Source: Lytechinus pictus
Taxonomy: Eukaryota
NCBI RefSeq assembly: GCF_037042905.1
Contig: NC_087251.1
Location: forward strand, 24,864,001-24,928,000
Direction: 5' to 3'
DNA: 64,000 nt
Notes under the pieces: model-generated
The model's database searches: none
Told to the model about the DNA's origin: nothing
What the model saw: only the letters and a program-made list of their open reading frames with translations
Translations under genes and position numbers: made by a program
In this document: piece by piece, positions 41,872 to 51,507 of the stretch
Position numbering within the stretch: the first letter of the stretch is position 1
How the letters are laid out: every line of letters begins with the position of its first letter

Positions 41872-43272
41872 CTGAAAGCATAAATATGTTATACATACAT
41901 GTATATGAGGAAATCTATGAAAACCAACATGCACATATTTTACAATTCATTGTATAATGGTAATGAACATCCAGTCTTAAATGCTAGGACTCTTGAAATA
42001 TCTTCCACTTATTAATCTAGCAACATGTGCTTAGGTGACTATAAAGGTAATTTCAAATGGAAATTAATGTTTAATGTATGAATATCAAAATACAGTGTGT
42101 CCCACAAAAAAGGAAACCGATTACAGGGATAGATTTCACAATTATTACACGTTTTTACTATATATTTTTGGTAAGAGTGGAATCTCGCATTTGATATGAG
42201 ACCAAAGGCTGAGCAAACCGTAATGTGTGGCAGAGTACAAACAATTAATATTCAGGCATATCAGAAACAATTTGCGCAGAAATTCAGAATGATTCTGAAT
42301 CCACTACAATTTCAGAGATAAGTGACAGCAACTAGTTTTTCTACTCAACCCGATTTCAACATTAAAATGTCATATTTGCCTTGCCCATTAATGTGTGAAG
42401 TATTTGTCTCATATTTGTTATCAAAGTATATAGAGGAATAACTGAACTTTATAATGTAAATGAAATATCATAATTTGATTGAATTTGAAGGAGAAAGACA
42501 TGGGAATCCCAGTTTACTTTTCCTGGGATGCAATTCATATTCAAGCTATTTTATTAATTGCACTTTTGTAGACAACATATTGAATGATCTAAAAAAAAAA
42601 AAAATTATTTCAGGACATATCGTCAGTGATTTTACGAACCAGCTCAAACCTTATTTTCAGTCAAATTTTCAAAATAATATATTTTTGCATACCGTATTCT
42701 GAAAGCCTGTGATACGCTCTATTGAAATTTCAGATCAATATTTGTAATATTTAAAGGATAAGAGCATATTTAAATTTCTTACTAACCGGCTCAAACCTCT
42801 CCTCTGATTTTACAAAGCAGTCTAAACCATTCTTTGTGTACTATAAAGTCTCTGGAATGGAGCGCAGAGGTAAAAAACCCAACCTAGATGTTGCACGTTC
42901 AGTATGTGGTTTGTGCCGCTAGAAAAACATGCGCATAGCATTTGAATGATTTTACCAACTGGCTCAAATCGTGCTTTGTGTCACTAAAAAACAATGCGCA
43001 TGGTACACATGATTTTACAAAGTGACTGAAACCCCCTATTTTGGGTAAAAATAATCTTTCTGAAATGCATACCAGCGCTTCATTTCAAATATTGAAAAAA
43101 ATAATGTTTTGGAGACCAGCCAAGGTTTGAGCAGGTTCGTAAAATCACTGACATGAAACACAAAATTGAAGTTGCTTTCCATCAATGTATTTTGCCTATG
43201 TAAGGGCCTATTAGCTGGTGAACAATAAAAACTTACCGTAATTGTTTTCTTCACACAACTTTGGGAGGGATC

Positions 43273-43532
43273 CACTAGCGTACCTACGGGGGGGGGGGGG
43301 GGGGGGGGCAGACTGCAGACTGCTCCCCCCCCTGACGAGTCACAACCCATGCAAACGAAATATCCCTGACCCCCTGAGTCTTGAAGACCTTTTTTTTTTT
43401 GCTTGTACAATTTTTTTCTGGTACGAAATCCTTTATTTGTGGTTGAAGACCTTTTTTGTTTTGTTTTTTGCTTGTCAAATTTTTTGGCGGACGAATTTGC
43501 CCCCCCTGTGGAAAATCCTAGGTATGCCACTG
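43273..43532. mobile_element. hAT-like MITE
   Basis: CACTAGCGTACCTA / TAGGTATGCCACTG; TSD GAGGGATC/GAGGGACC; related to 54217..54425 and 62520..62727. Confidence 0.75.
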
Positions 43533-43594
43533 GAGGGACCCCTCATTCAAAGTACTTTCCATTAGGGTTGGATAAATTCTTTATTTACACATAC

Positions 43595-43702
43595 CTCTGG
43601 TGATCAAGAAGCTCCCTTATCCACATCTCATCTCCGCATCTCTCACATTTCCGTACTCCCAATGCCCTTTGGATTTCAATCGAGTCTTCAGGAATCACAG
43701 GA
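43595..43702 (-). CDS. RING gene exon with C2HC zinc finger (PVIPEDSIEIQRALGVRKCERCGDEMWIRELLDHQR)
   Basis: TTTGTTTTTAG acceptor, AG|GTATGT donor, phase 2-2; CxxC...H is completed by TC in the next exon, as in RNF114/125/138/166- or TRAF-type fingers that follow a RING. Confidence 0.82.
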
Positions 43703-43832
43703 CTAAAAACAAAAAACAAAAAATAAATCAAACCTACCCCACGAGACACTCTTTATTGATAAACTTCTTGCTATAGGACTTTACTAAATGAAATCACTAC
43801 AGGTAAAGACATGGAAGCAATATTTGAAATTA

Positions 43833-46146
43833 TATACCTCTCTTTAAGAATGTCGAATAATCCGTTCCTCTGATTGGTCAAAACTGAGGTCATGTATACG
43901 ACCATGCCTTCAAAACAACAAATTAAGGTGGTAACCAAGGGCAACGGGCATAGTTCACAAGATTTCTGCCCGTTGCCCCCTGATCCGCCCCTTAACAACG
44001 GGCATGGTTAAAATTTGGTGAAATTCGCATTTGTTTACGTGCAAAAATTGCTCTGTGCGATGATTGCGGATACCATAATTTCACCGCGATTCGTGGTCGA
44101 TAAATTCAGACAGCTCGCGCGTTCGACGCGCATACGCGCTGCGCAGACGATCATTTCGCCGTAAATTATCGATTAAGCGGATCGCTAATTTGCAGACTAG
44201 TACTAGGCCCAGGTCTGTCCCTACGTTTCATCTCTTTTTGTTCTAAAAACGCATTTTTGGTGCATGATGGCAGAAGCTAATCTTCCAAGATTTGAACTCC
44301 TTGATGATGATCAATTAAAGGATTTAATGGACTCTGCGGACAGTAAGAACACTAAATGTGCAGTTAAGTATGCCTTGAAAATTTTCGAAGATTACTTGTT
44401 GCAAATCAACTCAGACCTTAGTAACGTAGACAAGCTGTCTAACTCTGAACTGGACCGCGTTTTGCAGAAGTTTTATGCTGGTGCTAGACAGAAGAACGGT
44501 TCGCTTTACAGCAAGAAATCAATGTTATCCATCAGATTTGGACTTCAACGTCATTTCCTTAGTTCGAAGAATGTAGACATTATCAAGCACGATGATTTTG
44601 CCAATTCAGCGAGAGTTTTCAAGTGTTTCTCGGCAACTCTCAAACAGAAGGGCAAGGGATTTGTGAAACACAAGCCAGCCATTTCACCTGAAGACATGGA
44701 GAAGATTCAACGTTCACTTGATTTGGATGATCCACAAGGTCTTCAAGATAAGGTATTTATTGATGTGATGTTGCATTTTTGCAACCGTGGCAGAGAGAAT
44801 TTGCGAGAAATGACAGTTGACAGTTTTGAAATTTGCGAAGAAGAAGGAAAGTGTTCCTACATTAGTTTCAAAGATACACTCACTAAAAACAATCGTGAAG
44901 ACAAACTAGAAAAAAGCCAAGGGGGAATCATTGCTCCAACAAATGGATCACGTTGTCCTGTTGCCTCATTCCTTCACTACAAAAGTAAACTGAACCCACA
45001 ATGTAAATGGTTCTGGCAAAGACCAAAACCTAAGCATGATCTTGATCCAGCTTCATTTGGTCCATGGTACTGTAATGCTCCCCTGGGGAAGAACACCATC
45101 GGAGATAAGATGAAAACGATTTCATCTCGTGCTGGAACCAAAGTCTACACCAACCATTGTTTGAGGGCTACCAGTATCAGCACCCTTCAAAATGCAGGAT
45201 TCCGAGATAGGGAGATCATGAGTGTGTCAGGTCATCGATCAGAAGGGAGTCTCAAACACTATGCTAGTACAAGCAGTGATACAAAAGAGAACATGAGCCG
45301 TGCTATCGCGACAGCTGTTGATCAAAATAAATCAGCACCAGCCGGACCTGGGCCTAGTACTAGATCTACAACAGAAATCCCGGAATCTTGTCTGACTTCT
45401 GGTGCAAAAAGTGAGAGCCAGGAACTCCGTGAATTGCAGCAAATACTGGACGACTTCACAAATAACAGAGAAGTCCTTGCACAACCAGCTCGGCCAACAT
45501 GCAATATCACAACGAATAGTCATGCTCATCTGTCAAGCCATCAAGTCCAAGCCCCAAACTTCAACATCCAAAACTGTGTTGTAAACATCTACAATAAATA
45601 ACAATCTCTCGCCTTCGGTGTATATATGTTTGAAGTTCAACAAGTTTTCATTGAAAATGTTACTGTTCGCGTGTTTGAAAAGAAAACTGGATCTTTGACT
45701 TTGTAACTTTGGTGTTAAGGAGTTCTACTTTAATAAAAGACTACATTTTGGATTGAAATTGAGTTTTAAAGTTAGTCGCCTGGATAAACTTTTCAAGGTC
45801 TACTATTGTTAAACTGTTTTCTTCTAAATATGACCCCCAACGTAAGAGTAATGAGATGACAGGATCACATGACATTGACAATGACAGGTAAGGCATTTCC
45901 TTTTTTTTTGTATAGATCTAGGCCTAATTCAAATATTATGCTTAAGATAAGTTAAACTTAATTCGGCATATAAAACATATATTGACTGCTTTAATATTCG
46001 AGGCATGGTTATTTCCATAGGCTCTCGGGTACCTACAACTTGCTATGACCCCGCGGCGCAAGCGCCTTGGGGTCATAGCAAGTTGTGAGGTCCCCTCGAG
46101 CCTATGGAAATAACCATGCCTCTCATCGCAGTCAATATATCTATAC
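43833..46146 (+). mobile_element. Full-length Crypton-like DNA transposon in a RING-gene intron, antisense to the host
   Basis: Single YR ORF, no long TIR; TATAC direct repeat at 43833..43837 and 46142..46146; CTGATTGG box near the left end; long 3' hairpin 45977..46140. Confidence 0.8.
44264..45601 (+). CDS. Crypton-type tyrosine recombinase (DUF3504/CryptonA-like), 445 aa, intronless
   Basis: Catalytic R175 (RGRE), K208 (TKN), H298-x-x-R301 (TNHCLRAT), H324 (SGHRS), Y333; family motifs SKNT, CPV, FWQRP, WY...PLGKNT; AATAAA at 45732. Confidence 0.92.
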   Translation: MMAEANLPRFELLDDDQLKDLMDSADSKNTKCAVKYALKIFEDYLLQINSDLSNVDKLSNSELDRVLQKFYAGARQKNGSLYSKKSMLSIRFGLQRHFLSSKNVDIIKHDDFANSARVFKCFSATLKQKGKGFVKHKPAISPEDMEKIQRSLDLDDPQGLQDKVFIDVMLHFCNRGRENLREMTVDSFEICEEEGKCSYISFKDTLTKNNREDKLEKSQGGIIAPTNGSRCPVASFLHYKSKLNPQCKWFWQRPKPKHDLDPASFGPWYCNAPLGKNTIGDKMKTISSRAGTKVYTNHCLRATSISTLQNAGFRDREIMSVSGHRSEGSLKHYASTSSDTKENMSRAIATAVDQNKSAPAGPGPSTRSTTEIPESCLTSGAKSESQELRELQQILDDFTNNREVLAQPARPTCNITTNSHAHLSSHQVQAPNFNIQNCVVNIYNK

Positions 46147-47108
46147 TAGAATGCCACTGGTTTTAGATGGTCGGTTATTTTTATCCACCTTAACACTGTA
46201 ATGAGTAGGTGCCTTAAATAATTCACCAATAAACCTGGTCTTCATAGTTTTGGCCATGGGCAAGTAAAAAAAAAATTGTGGATTAAGCAACGGAGCTTGC
46301 CCTTATTCAGTGAGGATCAACAAGGACAATAACATTACATATGTGTGAAATTTTTATGAATGCAAATGAATGTATTCTGGGGCGGCATTCTGAACATTGT
46401 CTCTTCTCCATATTTTATCTTTTCTCAGAGGTGTGACAAAAATCAGTATTCTGGTGGATGTCATAACTTTTGTCTAAAAATTATCATAAATTTTGTCTCC
46501 TCTGTTTAGCGTGCACCAAAAATATGCGGCTTGAAATGTGCGTAATCTTTTTATACAAGCAAAAGATATTAAAAATTTATGACAAGGGGATAGCAGTCAT
46601 AAATTTTTAAAAGTACCAAATATCCCGATACCCTGCCGACTGAATGTCAAGCATATAATATTATTTAGATTAGATTGAGGTATTAGTTTCACTCATAATC
46701 CATGACAAGTTTGAAAATTATTTATTCATGCTACAATTACATGTAGTTAGGCCCTACATATTCATTCTTCCTTTTTTATCTGTTTACATTCTTTTTATAT
46801 TTCTCTTCTAAAATCCCTCACAGCTCCATCTCTCTTTGTCATTAAGTGCATCAATATATAATACCAGCCCTGGATACAAGAATTTGAATAGATACAGCTA
46901 AACCATAGGCTACAACACAGCTGTTGTGGGAGGATAGTAAACTTTAAAATGAGTCAGTGAGTTTAGAGAAGACATTTCTTTCTCCATAATAATTGATACA
47001 GAATTTTCAGAGATGCAGATCACACTCAGAGATGATTTTTTTTTGCCTCCCCCATCCTTCTGGATAGTTTGATTCTTATCATTATTTACATTAGATGGAT
47101 TTGCTTAC

Positions 47109-47270
47109 CGGACATTTGGAAACGCAGAATCTTGTTGACATGATGGACATTTTTTCATTCCCTCCCTTCTTGTTTCCTTGCTGTCATACATGCATCTTAC
47201 ACAGAATCTATGCTGGCATTTCCCAGTCACCATCTCCAGGCGTGGCTGCAAGCAGATGCCACATTCAATC
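47109..47270 (-). CDS. RING-HC (C3HC4) exon of a putative E3 ubiquitin ligase (IECGICLQPRLEMVTGKCQHRFCVRC...KKCPSC)
   Basis: Pyrimidine tract plus CTACAG acceptor, CG|GTAAGC donor, phase 2-2; C-x2-C...C-x-H-x2-C-x2-C...C-x2-C spacing. Confidence 0.88.
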
Positions 47271-47373
47271 CTGTAGATTTGAAAAAAAAGGGTTAGATCT
47301 AGAGACTTAGAGCATAAGTACAACTCAGGAGATAGAAAGTAAGGCAAATTTGGATGAAAATCAAGAAGTTGAA

Positions 47374-47610
47374 TATTATTAGACTGCATGCAGAAGAGTA
47401 ATTGGCAAATTTTGTCCTTGATATCTTGAATTGTGGGACAATGTCAAAACATTTATGGAATATTGGATGGCCTTGAGTGGGATGCGAAGAAATATTGTAC
47501 GAGCTGAAGAACAATATTGGTTGAGTCGAAGACGAATCAAGTATTGTTCTTCAGTGAAAGACAATATTTCTACGCATCCCACAAAAATTGGTAATTCAAT
47601 GCTATTATTA
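47374..47610. mobile_element. Putative non-autonomous Crypton-like mini-element with bulged hairpin
   Basis: TATTATTA direct repeats at 47374 and 47603; imperfect hairpin 47477..47582 with a GTC-GAA-GAC tip close to the right end. Confidence 0.5.
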
Positions 47611-48243
47611 TTTAGATACCCTCACAAAGCTAAACATAAAGAAATGAAGCAAAAAAAAAAGTTTTTAGTAACCATCATTTCTGGCAATCCTGTGAATCAT
47701 GAGCATGGCGCCAGAGTATTGTCATTTAAAAAAAAGAAATCTCTGTAATCTCTAGCGTATAGTGCAAGCGCATTTGACTTCAATAAATTGACGCTCCTTT
47801 AATATCTGCGCCTCTAAAACCCTCCATCTCAATAATAATATAAAATATCATCACGGACTCCTCAAGGATAAAGCCCACCGCTTTTCCAAATATCGCTATC
47901 TGGAACGGCTGCTTGAAGTCTAGTCTAATCTATTTCAGCTTTGCGATCATCAAATTCTCAGTCAGAGTAGCCAGGAGGCTCCTACAGATTAAAGTCATTC
48001 CACTGACGTGCTTAATCTCCACGGAGCCAGAGACAGCATGCCATTGCACTACACGCACCGTCATTTTTCCCATGATTGAAGTTCATCAAAATCACACATT
48101 TTCTTTAGGGTTGAGCCCAAACTTATGTAAATGGGCTACAACTTAATCCCCCCCCCCCTTTGAAAAAAAAAAAACTAGTTTTACCAAAAATCAATATAAA
48201 AATTAAGAGAAATCATAAGATGAGCAGTTACTCACAGATGTTA

Positions 48244-48720
48244 GGGGAGATCGGGGTTACTTGGAACGCGGTGTAAGTTGAAACATTGGAATTTTCTTTA
48301 ACGCCTTTAAATAAATTTATGCAATACTGCCCTCAATTTATTGCCATTATCAACAGCCATCCACCATATTACAGACCACACATGTGCAACAAGCCTGGCA
48401 AAGTTAGAAAGGATTTTTTTTTTTTTTCACCTTCTGAGTAATTTTTTCTCTTTCAGAAATGTTTTATTATCTCAGAGAAGTGTATAGATCAAGTTGGGGG
48501 GTATAATACTTATACCAAGCTACAAAACAAGGTTATTAATATGCCATGGTGAAGTCCCTTTTTTGTGCTGTAAGCTTATAAATGTCAAATAGGCCTCTGG
48601 GGTTAGTTGGAATAAAATTGAAGGGGCTTTTAAATCCCGCTTCAACTGGTCTAGCGTGTGGGAAATTTTTAGCATTGAGGTGACATTCATGATACTTAGA
48701 GGCCGATACAAGTATTTTTT
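48244..48720. mobile_element. Left end of a TA-inserted DNA transposon (pogo/mariner-like), truncated
   Basis: TA|GGGGAGATCGGGGTTACTTGGAAC...GTAAGTTGAAAC terminus; no partner TIR seen; right boundary approximate. Confidence 0.35.
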
Positions 48721-49202
48721 TATCTAGCACTGTATGATGTTGTCGCCCTCTAAACATTTCAAAACATCGCATGCGCAAGAGTCTAGCTCGGACGCTCGCG
48801 CATGCGATGTATTTAAATCGGCAGCGAATATTTTATGTGTGAGGAACTCCATGTTTGCTCTTAATCACCAATTTTGAGGCTAACCGGAGGATGGATATGG
48901 AGCGAAATTAGGGTAAGAAGTTTATTTTTTCTTTTCTGATGCCGTTTTGACGTACATTTTCAAAAATAAATATGCATTTTTTTCTCCACCTTTGCCACTC
49001 AGAGTATCCGAGCGAGTTCACCACCTTGATGTTCGGGTTGGTGGAGCGTAGTGTAGCGGTAGTGAAGTGGAGCCTGCACGAACATCACTTGAGGTAGCAT
49101 GCTCATGGATGGCATTTCATTTGTGAACAATTTAACTGGTGTGGAGCGGCCTGGGCTGCCTGAGGCCGTGGGGAAATTTGTTCTAGCTATCTAACTTCTT
49201 AA

Positions 49203-50692
49203 CCAGGGGGGGGGGTACTCGACCACCCATGGGTTCATATCATCTCGTGTGCGAAGGAATATCAGTCATATGCACGCGACACACACGACAAGTCAAAAAG
49301 ATAGTGGGCTTTTGCCCACATAAAATATCACCAATAATCTGGTATTTCACATTCTGCTATGACACTTACCGATCATTTAGATCCTTCCGTGACTTCTCCT
49401 TGAAGTTTTTTTTTTTAAATATGTATATTTTCTTGATCTTTAGTGAAGATTTCACGGAGATAAAATTTGGTCAGCGTAGATATCAATTTTCGCCTAAGGA
49501 GGGCGCGCGATTTATATACATATCAAAGACACGACAAGGGAAAGATTAGGAACCTACACTATTTTACACGCAAATCGACGCAAGGCATTACGCGAAGTCC
49601 GTGAAGTGTCCAATCTTTTCATTGTATAGACTTTGGTATAGCGTGACGTTCGTTAATACTGCTTGTACTGCTTGTTTTCGTTCCAGGCATGTGTATTTAA
49701 AAAAAAAATTATATTAGTCATCGTTTTAAATTAATTGCAACAAAAGTGTTATCATCGCCAATAGTAATCTTGAATTATGTTTTTGAAGGTATTTTATTTA
49801 TTGGTGCCCATAATTAGTAAATTATTCATAAGAATTGCGCATTCAAATAAAATAAAATTACCGAGGAGCTGAATCAAGTTTGTGAAATTTATCAGCGCCA
49901 CCAACGGGCTTCCTTGTATTTCCGTAGAAGAGACAAACGAAGTCACTTGCTAGGCCGAGGTAAGCGAAATTTGCTCTTTTTGAATGAAATTTTTAAATAT
50001 CATATGTATAATTTTGTTATGTATTGCTACTTACCGGAAAGAGCCCCGGTGCGTAGCGAGAAGGAGTTTCGGCAAATATTCCTTCAGCAATGAAGCAATG
50101 TTTGCCGACTACTTCGAAATCTACGGTCAAACACGGTCCGGTGTACGAGGTTCGTATATATATATATACGAACCTCGTATTAGTGTGAGTGGTACTCGAC
50201 CAAAAAATTGGTAGGTATGTGCCGCGGGCGAGACAAAAAACAGGGGCTCTGGAGTGGGCTCATTATAAAAAGGAGGGTCCTCGGAACGGGCTTCGGAACT
50301 ACAAATGTTTGTGAAAACGGGGGTCCTTAATTGAGTGTGAGTGCTTATGCATCCCTAAGGAACGGGCATACGTGCATGCAGCTAGCCCGGCGGCGGGTGC
50401 GTTCGCGCAGAGACAATTGTCGAACAGCGCTCTGTGGCCGCTTTTCACCAAAACTGCAGCTCATTGTAGCGGCTCAATGCGAAGCTTTGGAGCAGATTTC
50501 TTTCTTCTTGATAAGAAAATGCTAGATTCTATGCTTTGGAGCGGCTTTCTTTGTTCTTTTTCTCAATGAGATAAAAATGCTATGCCTCGGAATGGAAATT
50601 TGAGTGTAAAAATGGGGGTCACCTCTGCGGCACATACCCACCACGTATTATTCTGAGTGCCGCCCCCCCCCCCCCCCCCCCCCGGCCCCGGG
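49203..50692. mobile_element. G-run-terminated MITE with a nested insertion of about 0.97 kb
   Basis: CTTCTTAA duplicated at 49195 and 50693; GGTACTCGACC at 49214 and 50191 brackets the nested insert; body related to 28808..29266. Confidence 0.72.
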
Positions 50693-51266
50693 CTTCTTAA
50701 ACGTCTGTCCGCAGGTACAGGTGCGAAACTGCATTAGCGCCCAACCCACGAAATAGTGTCTTTTATTAGAGTTTTAGTGATCCCATGCCATGGTTTGGCT
50801 TTTGCCTCCTGACCTCAACTTACTCAAGGGCAAGGCAGCTCAGCTCTGGGACTTGGATAGCTGCGCGCCCCAGCCCAAGAAACCAGAACACGACACTGCC
50901 AAGAACGTCGCGACCGTCGGCCCAGGCCGGGCTGCGAAATTATTTTTCCCACTGAGTTCTGGACCAACATATGAATATACATGACTTGCGTCTTCGGATT
51001 AAGAGTACGCATGCGCGTGGACTTTGCCTCGACCAGTGCCGGTCGTAAGCATTCACGTTCAGTTGCTCAGAATGAATTAGCATCGTCAAATTACCGGTAC
51101 CTTTACATAGTTACATAGGCCTTACAGGCTTAGATCTATACATATACATATATATATCCAATTCTTAAACACTTATTAAACTAGCTGCCATTAATGGCAA
51201 TCAGACATGTGCTAGGCTAGGGCTCGCTTAGGCTAGCGCATTAACTTTACCTCAAATCTGGACATG

Positions 51267-51486
51267 CACTCTTAAAACAGATCAGTCAAATTGACTAGAC
51301 CAGTAGTCAGCTGGGAGCAACTGATATGGCAATCACTGATAGTCACATTTCTGACATATATTCTAGTCAGAAATAACTCTATTCTAGTAAAATATGACTA
51401 GAAAATAGTCAAATATGACTAGAATAACAGTTGCTCCCAGCTGACCCTATTAACCAGTCATTTTTGACTGATTTGTTTTTAGAGTG
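51267..51486. mobile_element. CACTA/EnSpm-like MITE
   Basis: TIRs CACTCTTAAAACAGATCAGTCAAA / TTTGACTGATTTGTTTTTAGAGTG; 2-bp TG duplication; absent from the sister arm. Confidence 0.75.
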
Positions 51487-51507
51487 TGTTTAATGCCTAG
51501 TACTAAT

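Noticed and set aside
42092..42120. TACAGTGTGTCCCAC Tc1/mariner-like terminus
   Set aside because: No partner TIR found, so the element cannot be delimited.
44264..45601. Bacterial or phage integrase contamination, or a domesticated KCTD1/ZMYM gene
   Set aside because: Motifs are of the eukaryotic DUF3504 type, it sits in a host intron with element-like ends, and it has no BTB or MYM domain.
47879..47981. Candidate minus-strand RING exon ending LEKR
   Set aside because: In-frame stops in all usable frames.
50824..50931. Candidate minus-strand exon with GTAAGT donor
   Set aside because: Open only as phase 2-2, so it does not fix the phase-1 first exon; its acceptor comes from the foldback terminus.
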